The notes under the pieces are model-generated. The model had not been told where the DNA came from. It ran no database searches and saw only the letters and a list, made by a program, of their open reading frames with translations. Shown in pieces: positions 1-12,933 of a stretch of DNA of 64,000 nucleotides. A program made the translations under genes and the position numbers. The number at the start of each line of letters is the position of its first letter. Positions within the stretch are counted from its first letter, which is position 1. Origin of the DNA: Sphyrna mokarran. Lineage: Eukaryota. Where the stretch lies: assembly GCA_024679065.1 (NCBI GenBank), contig JAGIQG010000040.1, positions 5,332,001 to 5,396,000 of the forward strand. Direction: 5' to 3'.

Positions 1-1382
1 GTACAATTGCCAATTGCAAAGGGTTAGAGGCTCAAGGTGAAATGGAGAAAGTTGGAGGGAAATGGGTGGGGGGATTTTTTTCCCGCAAAGAGTGATAGGT
101 GCCTGGAACGCACTGCCAGAGAATGTGATGGAAGTGGGCACGTGAGCAACATTTAACAGGAATCTGAATAGCTTCGTGGAAATGGAGGAAATAGAGGGAT
201 ATGGACCGAGTTAAGACAGAAGGTTTTTTTCTTCGTTAGGGCATCATGATTGGCACATTCTCGGAGGCCCGAAGGATTTGTTCCTGTGATGTAGTTTTCT
301 TCGTTTTCCGTTGTTCTTGTAATTTGTTTGCAAATGCTTAATTAATGTATCCAAATGCAATTGCAAGAATTTCAATGAAAGACGAAAATAAGTTACAAAG
401 TTAAAGTGTATTTATTAGTTACAAGTAAGGCTTACATTAACACTGCAATGAAGTTATTGTGAAATTTCCCTAGTGGGCACAGTTTGGCGCCTTTCCGGAT
501 CAACGCACCTTACCAGCACGTCTTTCAGACTGTGGTAGATAACCAGAGTACCCAGTGGAATCCCACGCAGACACAGAGCGAATGTGCAAACTCCAAACAG
601 ACTGTCACCCAAGCTGGAATGGAGCCCGGGTCTCTGTGCGGCAGAGCTAACTACTTTGCTATCATGCCTGAAGTTCATTGCACAACAATGTTCCTTTGAG
701 TTGCATATGTTATATGTAATATATAATGTGTTACACTTAAATAATGTATCACAGTTATACATTATAACTGTTATAATGTATTGAACGTAAGATGTAAGAG
801 CCATTTGACCCATCGAGTGTCTGCATTGTCATTCAATAATATCATGACTGATTTGATGTGATTATCTTCAACGCCATTTTCCCGCCTTATCCCTATGAAA
901 TTTAATTCACTTACTGATTAAAATTTGTTTACCTCACCCCTGAATAGACTTAAAGACCAAAACTTCTCAAACTTCAGCGTTAGTAATTCCACAGATTATA
1001 TCCTATCAGAAGAAATTCCTCTTTATATCAGTTTTCCACGGGCATCCTCTTAATCTGAGATCATGCCCTCCGGTCCTGGACTCTCCCACAAGGCAAAGCA
1101 ACCTCTCTTCATCTACCCTTTCAAATCCCTTATTAGGGATCGGATATGTCAGTTAGACACTAGACTGCGTCTCATCTTAATTTGAAATCAACCTCAGAAC
1201 AATTAGAGCTTCGTTTGTCTTTCGGATCTATTGAAGATCCAACTGTCTGCAGGTATATATGTTGTTCTCTACTTAGTGGGATGGGGTGTTAACCTTCATA
1301 TTTCCTGAAAATAAGCATGCACTTTTTAAAGGAGCATCAGAGCACTCAGCGCCATTCTCCACAGTTCTATATGACTTACTGC

Positions 1383-1439
1383 AGGAAGTGACATCAGACA
1401 AGCTCCGTATGCATTGAATTTTTTGCAGGAAATGACATC
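1383..1439 (+). promoter_or_regulatory. V-gene promoter: two ETS + CRE-like composites (AGGAAGTGACATCA 1383-1396; AGGAAATGACATC 1427-1439)
   Basis: AGTGACATCA matches the CRE-like decamer known from TCR V promoters; lies 120-170 bp upstream of the leader ATG at 1557. Confidence 0.55.
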
Positions 1440-1556
1440 GATCCAGTTCAAGCTCTGAGGATGTGTTGTCCTATAGGCGGTTACATCTCGTTATTTACTC
1501 GACATTCTGCAGCTTTCCCAGCTAAGAAAACACCTCAGAATTCCGGAGCGGCAGCA

Positions 1557-2519
1557 ATGCGTCTCCCCGTTCTTGCTCTGGTCTGGATGACACTGATTGT
1601 GGGTAAGAAGATCAAAACGTGAAAAACAGCAAAATTATTTCTAGAAGAAAACATTTGAAAAGCAAAGAGTTCATTTTAATCTTGTGTCTAAACTTGGTTA
1701 GACCTCACTGTGACTATTAGGAAAAGAATATAAATACAAAGGTGAAAACAGAAAATGCGATTTATCAGGATAAAAATCAGATTTCAGGTTAAAAAAAAAC
1801 TACCTGGAATTATTGCATATATTATTACATCGGTTCTTATCTCAAGAAATGGAAGCGATGCGTCAGCCTCGTAGAGATTTTTAAAATCTGAAGATGTTTC
1901 AGAAATTCCACCAAATCTGGACGATTTTAAAACGAATAACATAAATATATCAATCAGCCCGAGAGAGATTTCAGAAAAAACTGCCCAACCCATACTCTCA
2001 TGTAAAAATTACTATCAGAGAAACGGTTGTTATTATTAAAGGGAAGTAAATGAAAAGATTATGGACGAAGGAGTGGGAGGAAATTTTCGGTGCATGAGAT
2101 GAAGAGGATTTCAGGATGTTCTCTCAGGTACTAACGAGCCCAACGAACATTTATTCTAGACTTTCGTTCTGTCTGATTTAATAAAGAACTGACCACCATT
2201 TTTCATTCGTTCCAGATCTGAGCGATGAAGTTTCTGTTACTCAGCCGGAATCCTCACTCACAGTGACAGAGGGAGAAGTTGTCACTTTAACCTGCACCTA
2301 TACCGGCAATAATTTTTATTTGTTCTGGTACCGTCAGTATCAAGGCAGACGTCCCGAGTTTGTAGTCCGGAGATATACCGACGGCAGTTCTGAACTGAAG
2401 GCGAATTTCGCTCAGAATCGGTTTTCTGATTCAGTCCGGCAGTCAGTGAAGTTGTACCGATTGACCATCTCGGAGCTGCTGCTGTCTGACACCGCGGTCT
2501 ATTACTGTGCATTCAGACT
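1557..2519 (+). CDS. TRDV: TCR alpha/delta V segment, intact, inverted relative to C-delta (leader 1557-1602, V exon 2216-2519)
   Basis: Leader MRLPVLALVWMTLIV with phase-1 GT-AG intron; V exon SVTQPES...TLTC...LFWYRQ...DTAVYYCAFR has both Cys and the Trp; followed by an RSS. Confidence 0.93.
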
Positions 2520-2557
2520 CACAGTGATGGCAACGAGTGAAACCTCGTACAAAAACT
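2520..2557 (+). promoter_or_regulatory. 23-type RSS (22-bp spacer)
   Basis: CACAGTG - 22 nt - ACAAAAACT. Confidence 0.93.
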
Positions 2558-5077
2558 GCAGCAGGTTTCTGATTCACAGCTGTTGTTTGTTGGGAACTGG
2601 TTACCACAGCGGATCTGACACTGACAAGTGAATACATTCTCGTGAGCACAGACATCGAACGCAATGAAACGGAAAACATCAATGAACAAAGTACAAAACA
2701 GCACGGGAAACAGGCCCTTCGGCCCAACGAGCCCGCGCCGCCACCTCGATGTTCCCACCTCGACCCGTGATCCCTGTCTATGTTTATAGAACTATGGATT
2801 GAAACCAAATTTGAGACAATTTAGGGAGAATTCGTTTTGCCAATCAGCCTAAAAGCACGTCTTTGGGATGTGGGAGGAAACTGGAGCACCCAGAGAAAAC
2901 CCACGCAAGCACGGGGAGAATGCGCAAACTCCCACAGACACAGGTCCAAATCCATATATCTACACAGCACAGCGATATTCACTGAGTGTGTCGTGTTGCC
3001 CATCAAATGGTCCAGGTCAAGCATACACTAACGACGTGAAGCACCAGGATACTCTCGAAAAATCCAAGAGCAGCCCTCTCACGACCCATCGCGTGTATGC
3101 CCTTTGTTAGACAACAAGGTGGACCAAAGCACCTGTAGGATAAAACAAATACATCAATATCATCGTCTCTTGACACACTTTCCAGTCTTCCTTACGTCCT
3201 CCCACTCCTATGCCCGTAATCTTTTCATTTAGTTTCACTTCAATTACATTTATAATAATCACTCCAACTCTCCCTATGATCGTGATTTTCACATTAGAGA
3301 TACAATTTAAAACAATTCACATTGAATCCTGACTTTGTCCGATGATTGCATTTACCGTGGAAGGACAGAATTTGCTACTCGCCATCCACATTAACAAAAT
3401 AAATTCCAGCCTTTTTCTCAAAACTAGCTATTTCTGTTTAGTTGTTTCATTGTACAAAGAGAAGATCGAGAAAATGATATCGTCACAATATATAGACATT
3501 AAATATTCCTTAATATTAAAAACACAAAGTCGGATATTATTATAAAGGACAGTGACTATATTTAAACTACGGCAGGTCTTTTCTCAGTTGGTCCTGCAAT
3601 AGAATAGTATGTGCATATATTACACTACATTATTTGAATGCATTGTGAGGGCGAAGAGGCGATTTGCCAGGATGCAGCTTGAGCTGGAGGTTCTGACCTA
3701 TGAGGAAAGATTGAATGGGCTGGGGCTGTTTTCATTGAACTGCGAAGTTTGAGAAGAGTTTAATGAGGTCATGAAGGACATAGATAAGGAGGATTGGTAC
3801 ACACTTTTTTTTTCCATGGTAACGGGGTCATATCCAGGGGAATATATTTAAGGCAAGTGGTAGAACGGATTCGAGGGGCAGCTTTTCCACGGAGAGGATG
3901 ATGGGAGTCTGGAACTCATATAACTCTCATGGCAACTACCCAGATTATAGAAAATAGGATTAGAGTAATCAGATCTTTGTTATCAGCGTGGACAGAAGCC
4001 AAATTACCTCCTTCTGTGCTGTAAATATCTATGAATCTGAAAACCCAACGTCATTTCCTTGGGCAGCAGCATGGGAAATACGGAAAGCTTTACTTGGCAG
4101 GAGAATATCTTGTGATTGCGCAGACTGAATATAAATGTTGAGCTGAATGGCCTCCTTCTATGTTGTGAATGTCCATGTAAGTCTGCATCTAGTCCTTTAT
4201 TGCATATTGGTCAGGGGACAAGGAAGTGATCTAGTTGAAGCATAAAATTCACTCTGGCAGCTAACGTTATTCGATTTTTAAAACATTGGCTGCAAGAACA
4301 GGTCAGGTATTGAGAATTTCACCGACTCCCCAAAGTCTGACAGCTGACTGCAAACCCATGTCAAGCGCGAGATGACATTTTTTCCTACTTCCTGAACGAG
4401 TGGATCACCAGCAATCCCCAAAAGTTCGACATCAGCCACAGATCCTCGATTGCTACCCCGCCTACCACTTTAAACATTCACTCCTTCCATTAAATACACA
4501 CGATGATAGCAGATAGCACCATTATAAAGGTGGATTGCGGCAAATCGCCAAGCGCACTTCGACTGCACTGCGCCCTCTACCGCTCAGAAAGAGAGGCACA
4601 ACAGCGGCATGGGAACAACATCATCTCCGAACAAGAGTATCGCTGTATAGAATGGCAGCTCACTCATTCCTATTTAAGGTCAATTAAAGATGAGCAACAC
4701 ATTCTAGCATCATCTGAGATGATGAAATCCTTTGTAAGTGTGAACAAAAATTTAACCTTTGAAGGGGAATCGCTGTTCCCAAAAAATGAAACTAAAGGAA
4801 TTTAAGAATAAAATATACACTGGAATAAAACCGAACGCTCGAACTATGGGCACAATGTAACCAGACTGTCTTTCGTATTCACGCTGTTCTTTCATTTCAA
4901 ATTCTTGAACACAGAATGGGTAATGTCTGTCACTCAACGTGGGATGCTTCAATTCACTGATAATTGGCTCACCACCTACCGGCTTCACAGTGCCCCCAGT
5001 GATACAGAAAGTGATATATTGATACCCGAGTCTCTAGCAGATTACCCCATTCCCATTTTACATTGTGGATAGCGGCA

Positions 5078-5559
5078 GTGCAGCTGCTCAGCATCTGGGT
5101 TGTGTGGGCCGAATGCATGACAGGTAATTGATGATTAAGTGCATTTAATCTTTTGTCTGATTTATCAAATATGGTTCGAACCTTACCAATCTCTAGCCCG
5201 ATCTGTTCCTGTGTGACTGTCTTTTTTCCAGGTTTGATTAATGCGGATTCTCTTCTCGGATGCTAAGACAGACCTGTAATGACAATGACCTGTAACTATG
5301 ACACCACAAAGAGGAGCTACAGATTATATTTATACTGAGAGCGCCCAGAGTCCCAGCCTGAGTTTATCGTGTGGAAAAGCTCTGGGGATTCTAAATATAA
5401 AGCAGATTTTGCTAAAACCTGTGTGTCCGCTGAACTCCACACCCGGACTAAGTTCATCACCTTAATCATCTCTTGTCTGCAGCTGACTGACTCTGGCGTC
5501 TATTGATGAGCTTTCAGTCTCACAGTAATAGAATACAGCCATATCACCATCCAGAAACT
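5078..5559 (+). pseudogene. TRDV: TCR alpha/delta V pseudogene (leader 5078-5123 with GTG start; V exon 5232-5520; RSS 5521-5559)
   Basis: Reads MTMTCNYDTT..YRLYLY*ERP..QPEFIVW..LQLTDSGVY**AFS with several stops and the second Cys lost; CACAGTA-23-CCAGAAACT. Confidence 0.88.
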
Positions 5560-5869
5560 ATAAATGGCAGCTTTTCCCTGCTGCTGGTTGTTTGGAATCG
5601 GGAGAAGAGTCAACTGCAATGAACAGCGCCGCCGTCAGACACTCAAACTCAGCGAGGGGAAACCAGATTAACCTCGGATCAAACTGTCACTCAACCGTTA
5701 CGAGAAGCGGCTGAGAAAACAAACTGACGAATCAGTGGAACAGGGGCACAACACAGAATCTTATTTGAAATTATACCTTCTCATTCCCACCCTCAACAAA
5801 ACTCCATCTTGTGAGACCTGTCAGGGGCCAATCCAAACATTCAAGCGGGGAGGGGGGGGGTGGTTGGTG

Positions 5870-6175
5870 GAGGACAGTGGCACCGTGGCTAGCACTGCTG
5901 ACTCAGAGTTCCAAGGATCTGGGTTCGATTCCTGGCTTGGCTCATTGTCTATGTGGAGTTTGCATATTCTCCCCGTGTCTGAGTGGTTTTTCTCCGAATG
6001 GTCCAGTTCCGTCCCAAACCAAAGATGCGCAGGTTAGGTTGACTGGCTATGCTGAATTGCTCCTTATTGTCTTGGCTGTGTGGCCTAGAGAATGTGGGGG
6101 CCAGGTGGGATTGTTGTCGGTGCAGACTCGATGGGCTGAATGATCTCCTACACTGTAGGGTTTCTATGATTCATT
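5870..6175 (+). mobile_element. HE1-like tRNA-derived SINE
   Basis: tRNA-like head (GTGGCACCGTGGCTAGCACTGCT...GGGTTCGATTCC) and CR1-derived tail (TGCAGACTCGATGGGCTGAATG); several similar copies in the window. Confidence 0.7.
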
Positions 6176-7900
6176 CCCAGCTGGGCTGCAGACAAACTCC
6201 CCGCAGAGGGAATGGCTGTTGCAGATGTGACAATGGAAGCCTAAACTGTTAATGAGCAACGGTCCAAACATAAAATAAATGCAGACTTTCAAATAAAAAT
6301 AATTGTGCTCACAAATCATTTACACTTCATCTATGCAGCACCTCGCACAAATTTACAGATTAATTTGAGATTTCAGTACATCCAGTAATAACCACCATGT
6401 TGGCATGCTCACTATAGCAGATCAATCACTAAACCACATGAGAATGAAGAGAGTCATTTGTTAATCTTAACTCAGCAATTCTGGAATTCCCAAGAGTCTC
6501 TATTATTCTCTTCAGGGTAATTGTCCATTTTGTTGCCTCTTGAATACTTTACTTTGACTAGATTCCATTGCAAGTGATGACCACTATCTGCGTAACGAGT
6601 TGTCTCCTATCTGAACCCCAATTTTACCTTTCACTTGATTGAACCTATGTAAAGTTATCGCCCCTGCAGCTGAATTTAAGATAGAACTCAGGCTCAACCC
6701 TTTCCATACCTAATGCTATTTTGGGTATTTAGGCTTTGTTTAGGTATTTATGTTGTATTACTTCGTGCAACGTTGCTTCGATATGATTTGTTTCTTCTTC
6801 TCCTTTCTCCCTGTTTCTGTCGTTTCTCTGTCAGCCCTTCTGACACACCGACAACTGCATCCCTATGTTCCCAATTTCCTAATACCCACTCCTTCACAAA
6901 ATCTGTCTCTTTTAATTCCACTTTCTGGGCTCCTTCATCATTAGAATAAGAAACACAGTTCACTTTGGCCACCCAACCCTACCAATGGCACCTGTAAAGG
7001 ACATTTATTCCTAAATCAATTGCCATAATGTTTCCAAATAGACCATTGTTTTTCATTATGCTACATGGCAATGTAAATGGCCTTTCATTTTCCTAAATTA
7101 TGTTCCTTTTTACCAATTCCTTCCCCAGTCACTCAAGAACCCGCTATCTTTTTGCAAGTTCATTGTGTCTATTCGATTATAACCCACGAAATAAGAATTT
7201 ATATTAGGTTGGAAACAAGCTTCCAGCAATGAGATCCCATCCAAGTCCCCATTCGTTCATCGAATATTAAGTCCAATTAGGCTTTGGAATGATTTCCCTA
7301 AACACTGACCGCAGCACAGCTGTGGATACTTACATTCACTGCCAGACAATTCACCGCCCTACCTCTGTCACAGCATCACTGAATACACAAGGGACATCCT
7401 GAAACTGGAGGGCGGGGTTTAGAATAGGTTACCTTAAATATCCAACTCCTCTTTTACAGAGCGGACAGAAACAATACGGCTCAATGCCTTGGTCGTGTGG
7501 GGAACATGTCAGTGTAACCCTGAACAGCACTTGACAATGAAGTTAATCCACTATCCAGCTCTGAATGGAATGAATATTCCGGCGGAAACTGACCAACTCG
7601 GTTCCAGGAAATGAATCTCAGACCTCAGTAAAGCTGAAGTTCAGTATGCTCTCTCCACAGTACTCGCTGAATGACTAATTCCACCAGTGCCTATTTAATA
7701 CTGTTGGTGAAAGAAATCCAGCTGTCCACGGCCCACATTTTAATCTGATTTAAGTATCTGGCGGGTATATTAACGATTGCATCATTGCCAGAAAACAATG
7801 GTGGAGGAAGTGACTTTAACCAATTGAATCCTATGTGGGTGTTTGTCCTGGTTCGGGTATGAAGTTATAAAGGGAGAAAGATTCTAACTTCGCAGCAGCC

Positions 7901-8346
7901 ATGAAAATATTCAGAGTCTGGATTGTGTTGGGAATATTCATTATCGGTAAGGATGATTCCAATCGTGTTGCATTCAAACTAAAGTGTTAATGTTATGTTA
8001 ACCGCCAGTCTTATTTTCTTCCTGAACACTTTACAGGTCAGAGTGATGGAGATGCAGTTACTCAGTCTCAGGCCTCAGCGAGCGTGACAGAAGGTGAAGC
8101 AGTGACTATACGATGTACTTATAGCACTACAGAAGACAGGTATTACCTATATTGGTACATGCAGCAACCAGGGAAGGAACCCCAATTTGTTGTATGGAGA
8201 AGGTCTTGGGATACTGTGGAATGGAAAGGCTCGGCATTAAGAAACCGTTTTGCTTCAGATCTCCAGCTGTCAGACTCCACCGCAAAGTTAACCATCATGG
8301 ACTTGCAGCCGATTAACGCTGCCGTGTATTACTGCGCCCTTAGACT
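7901..8346 (+). CDS. TRDV: TCR alpha/delta V segment, intact ORF, inverted relative to C-delta (leader 7901-7946, V exon 8037-8346)
   Basis: Leader MKIFRVWIVLGIFII, 90-bp phase-1 intron, DAVTQSQ...TIRC...YLYWYMQQ...NAAVYYCALR; TATA at ~7866; AGGAAGTGAC at 7805. Confidence 0.93.
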
Positions 8347-8385
8347 CACAGTAATTGAAAACAGTTCCAACCCTATACAAAAACT
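8347..8385 (+). promoter_or_regulatory. 23-RSS
   Basis: CACAGTA - 23 nt - ACAAAAACT. Confidence 0.93.
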
Positions 8386-8658
8386 GTCTTCGACTGAAAT
8401 GTCATTTCTATCTGATGAGATTGTCTAGAATCACGGGAAGGTGCAATCACAACAAGGATGCCAGCCACTCAAATACATTTAATGAACTAGAGCAACTTGG
8501 GTTGGGCAAACAATGCTGACCAGCCAGTGACAACAATGCCCCCCAAATGCAGAAAGCAAATTAGGCCCAATCTGCTCAACCTTTCAGGCTCCACACACCC
8601 GCATAGTTTCCTCTTCCTATTTTCCTGGCTCCCCTCACATCTCGAGTGCCGTTCTCAC

Positions 8659-10760
8659 CTGGGCTGGGTGGACGAATGCCAACAAGTCGGAGGCGTGTGT
8701 GGGCCGCAGCGCCATCGCCTGGAACTTGGAGATAGCCAGGACCAACTCCGACAGGAGACACTGCAGCATCTGTTGATTCGAATTCCCTGGGACCGAAAAG
8801 ACTGAATGCGAGAATGGAAAAGCAGGAAGTACAGAAATAGTTCAGAGAGAATCAGGGAATCCTTGTCCTCAAAGCACAAAGAACTAACATGTTGATACAG
8901 CAGGAAATTAGATGCAGATGGTCTGTTAGCCTTTATTTCCCCGGGAATGCAGTTTCAGAATGAGGAAACCTTTCTGCAATTTTGTTGAGTTTTGGTGCAA
9001 CGGCACCTGGAATACTATGCAGAGTTTGGGTCTCCTTATCCAGAGAATTGCCGCAGAGAAAGGGAACAAACGTTCATCAGACTGCTTCCTGGGATGAAAG
9101 AACTGCCGATGAGGAGAGATTGAACAGAATGGACCTTTACTCTCTAATGTGACAGTAACCTTAGATCTTCATCCTGCTGACCCCAATAACCTTTCATCCC
9201 CTTGCTTACCAAGAATCTATCTACCTCTGCTTTAAAATATTCGACGACTCCGCTTCCACGACCTTTTCAGGAAGAGAGTTCCAAAGACATACAATACTTA
9301 GAGAAAAAATCTCCTCATCCCTAATTTAAACGGATGACGTTTTATTTTTAAACCCGTGAGCCCCTGATTCTAGATTATCCCACAAGAGGAAACATCTTCT
9401 CTACCCACTTCCTGAAAAGACCGTGCAGGAGCATGTCACCACTTATTCTTCCAAACTCTAATGGATACATTCCAGCCAGTCTAACCATTTCTCATAACAC
9501 AGCACATCAATTTCAGATGTTACAAGAAGTCTGACAATATCAGGTTAAAAACCAACAGGTTTATTTGGAATCACTCTGAGAAGGAGCAGCATTCTGAAAG
9601 CTCATGGTTGCAAATACCCCTACATTTTCACCCTCTCAAACTTGAATGACTTCCTGTACAATGGTGCCAAGGCCAGTTTGCTCATCCACGTCTTTCTGTT
9701 AGGACTCTGTCCTAAGATGTGTGACTGCCTCCTAGTACAAAAGATCCAGGTAATTTTCTCCCCTCCCCCCCATGCATTGTAGTGTCTGCAGTTCAGTCTC
9801 CAGCTCATAAATTGAGTCGAATCTGCTCGAACTTCAAACACTTACTGCAGACGTGTTTGCCGTGGGTCAAACTGATACCCGGGAGCTCCCAAATGCTGCA
9901 GCTAGGACACATCACCTGTCTTCCCATCTTTAATGGGTAAAAATAAACTTTTATTTTATCGAATGATATATTTTATTTTTGTTTTTAATTATTAAATATT
10001 TAATTATTTAATTACAACAAGTAATTATTGTTTTTAATTACTTTTAATTGAGGTATTGGCCTCAGCATCAATTGCTACATTAGTTTGATTCTTAGGAACA
10101 GAATAAACCTTAGTCACTTTGCAGATGCTCACCAAAAATCTAACTCTTCTGTCTAAAGGCCAAGACAGTTAGAAAGCAAAACAGAACCCCTTTCCCTTCC
10201 TTCCCTAACTCCCTTAATTACACAACTCCCAGTATTCTATTCTAAGCTTCTCAAGTGATGCCGGTTCAGAGCTGTTTCCGAGCTGCAGATACAACACAGT
10301 ACTCACTTACTGACATAGATACCAAAGGCGTCTCCAGGCCATCATGCACACGATCATGGTAGGGAGAATGGAGATGGTGTTGCCAGCCATGTACATGATA
10401 AACAGATGGATGAGCAGCTGTTTCAGTGGGCCCAAGGCGATGTCCCAGCAGGACTGAAAACAGTGCTGAAAACAAAAAAGTATCAGAAAAAAGAGGCGGT
10501 TTGGGGAGGCCATACACTGATCTTATACCCAGGCCTGGATAACTCAATAAGCTCTTCGGCTGCTGTGGTTCACCAGATACTTCACAGCCATAGGCAAACT
10601 AGACATTGTCAGCCACAGACCAGGGATACATTCAAATCCAACTATTTTCTCGACTATGTTCCGGTCTGTTTCTTGGACACGGATGTCCAGTAGTTGTTTG
10701 TCTCAACGTGCGGCTGGGCATGTGGAGTCTCTCTCGTCACCCTGTTGATCACAGATCCGA
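8659..10760 (-). pseudogene. EMC4: EMC4 (ER membrane protein complex subunit 4) unprocessed pseudogene; exon remnants ~10646-10760, 10307-10453, ~8659-8790
   Basis: Translations DS.CP...*DKQLLDIRVQETDRNIVEK / [40 protein letters not shown] / QQMLQCL..LVLAISKFQAMALRPTHASDLLAFVHPAQ follow EMC4 colinearly; in-frame stop, frameshift, internal deletion and damaged splice sites. Confidence 0.85.
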
Positions 10761-12900
10761 TGAAAACACAAATTAATTTCCATTTCAAAACCTTCGTTAA
10801 CGAGGGAGTCTCTCTGCTGAAGACTCCAACGTGGTAGCAATACTGCCAACACAAACTACAGTCATCTGGACGCTTCACTTCGATAAAGCCTTGTGTTTTG
10901 TTGCAGAGATAGAGCGGATCCCGGACAAAAGCACCGCACTGATAGTTCCAGATAGTGATCAACAGAGGGCGCGCTCACACTGAAAAGCAGAAATAATAAG
11001 TGAGAGTAGCAGAAATGTATTATAATTCCGAGCCAAGACACTCACCAAAGTGAGTTAGTGGTGCGTCAACTGACATTTTGCCTTTGGTGCTATTTCCTAG
11101 TCTGCATCAATTATTGGCCAGCCCTCTCCCATGTCCCCTTTCCATGTCTCAGTACATTTGATCACAGTCGGTACACAGCGTGTGTGATCAGAATACTTTT
11201 TTGCTGGTATTACTGCATTTCCCCAGAATGCCATTGTCATTTCGAGCCTGATTTTAGAGCTTTGTTGTTTCCTGATACCTTTTACGGCCCAGAGTCGCTG
11301 CCTTACCATAACTAGATAAGGAGTTTCTTCTGATGTGATCAATACCAAAAGACCTCTTGCCCTAGAAGAACATTAATTCTATCCCAGTTCAGTATTCTTC
11401 CGTTCACTCGCAGTCACCTCACCAGATAGAGAATTATAGACAAAACATATCGCACATTTTCTCTCTGTCATCAAGCATGGATTGAATCACAAATTTAAAC
11501 TCACTACCACCTTATTGCTTTTTTTGGATTTGAACTTGGAGATTCCGTCACTCAGCCACTGTCCTTTGATGTTATTAGTGATCGGTGGATGTGTAGGCTC
11601 AGATCTCTCTGCCTCTCAACACTCCTAAGGGATATGCCTTTCCTGCATAATTTCGACATGCATTGGACCTTCAAAGATGCATTATGTCACACTTGTCCAG
11701 ATTAGACTTCACCTGCCATTTTTCCGCCCAAGTCTCCAACCTGTCTATATTTTGCTGTAGCTGTATCTGCTGACAATCCTCTTCACTCTCGCAATTTTTG
11801 TGTCGCCTCTGATCTTACTAATCATACCAGCTATATTTTCCTCCTAATCATTTATATTTACTACGAACAACAAAGGTCCAGGAACTGATCCCTTTGGATA
11901 ATGGCTAGTCACCGCCTACCGGTCAGAAAATCACCCCTCCACCGCTACCTTCTGTCCTCCATGGCCAACCCAGTCCTGTATCTATCCACCCTCAGAGAAC
12001 ATACGGCACATGTGCAGTTTCACCTTCGGCATCTTTTATGTTAAATTAACAATTGTATTTTTGTTTTCAAATAAATCAGCCCCTGATGGCGTATCTGGGT
12101 CAGAATTTCAGTCATTTTCTAAATTTCTGGATAGTTTTTTTTTCTTTAAAATAAACAATGGGGGTAACAGCTGTTGGTGACGTCAGGGAAATAGGATGGC
12201 CAGTCCTTCCCCGCCTCTGGCTCCTGATTTTCCGCCAATGAGCTGCAGCTGGTCCACTGCAGATGTGACACTGTGAGGAGCAGCAGCAACTGCAGGGAGT
12301 ACTCCAGTGGCTCCAGCCGCCAGGAGGGGAAACAGCAGCAAGTACAGTCTTCCCCAAGTTCAGTTGTTCAAATCTAATCTTCAGCTTCTCAGATTCACTC
12401 CCATCCATCCCTCAATCCATCCCTCCCTCTCTCCCTCGATCGATCTCTCGATATATCCATCTGTCCATCCCTTCCTCCCCCCCATCAATCCCTACATTTT
12501 TCCCTCCATTCACACAAGAAGAAACATTCAGCCTGCACAGCAGCTTCAGTCTCATTCCCCCAGTTTGCTTTCCCTTTATCACATCGATTCTTCTCCCATG
12601 TACTTCACGTCATAACATTATAATTCAAACTACTTCATCTCTCCAATCTGACATTTGTTCAGGGCTACAGAAAGCAGACAAATGATCAATTACACCCCCA
12701 ATCTGGGCTATGGTGATACATCTATACATTATCTCATTTCACAATAAAAGCCACATACCGGTTTTAAGTTTACTTCCGTTATTGCTGTAGTGTACAGCAG
12801 GTTGAGTAAAGTGAAATTGACATCAACACTTTATGGTCTCTCCCTCTCTCCTTATCTCTGTGTTTGTGGGACTGCCCTTAATAAAGTGTAGATGTGTGTT

Positions 12901-12933
<33 letters not shown>

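Noticed and set aside
10560-10980. Possible decayed Ig/TCR constant exon on minus (VSAPSV..., AYGCEV)
   Set aside because: The motifs lie in different frames, and the central part is better explained as an EMC4 exon.
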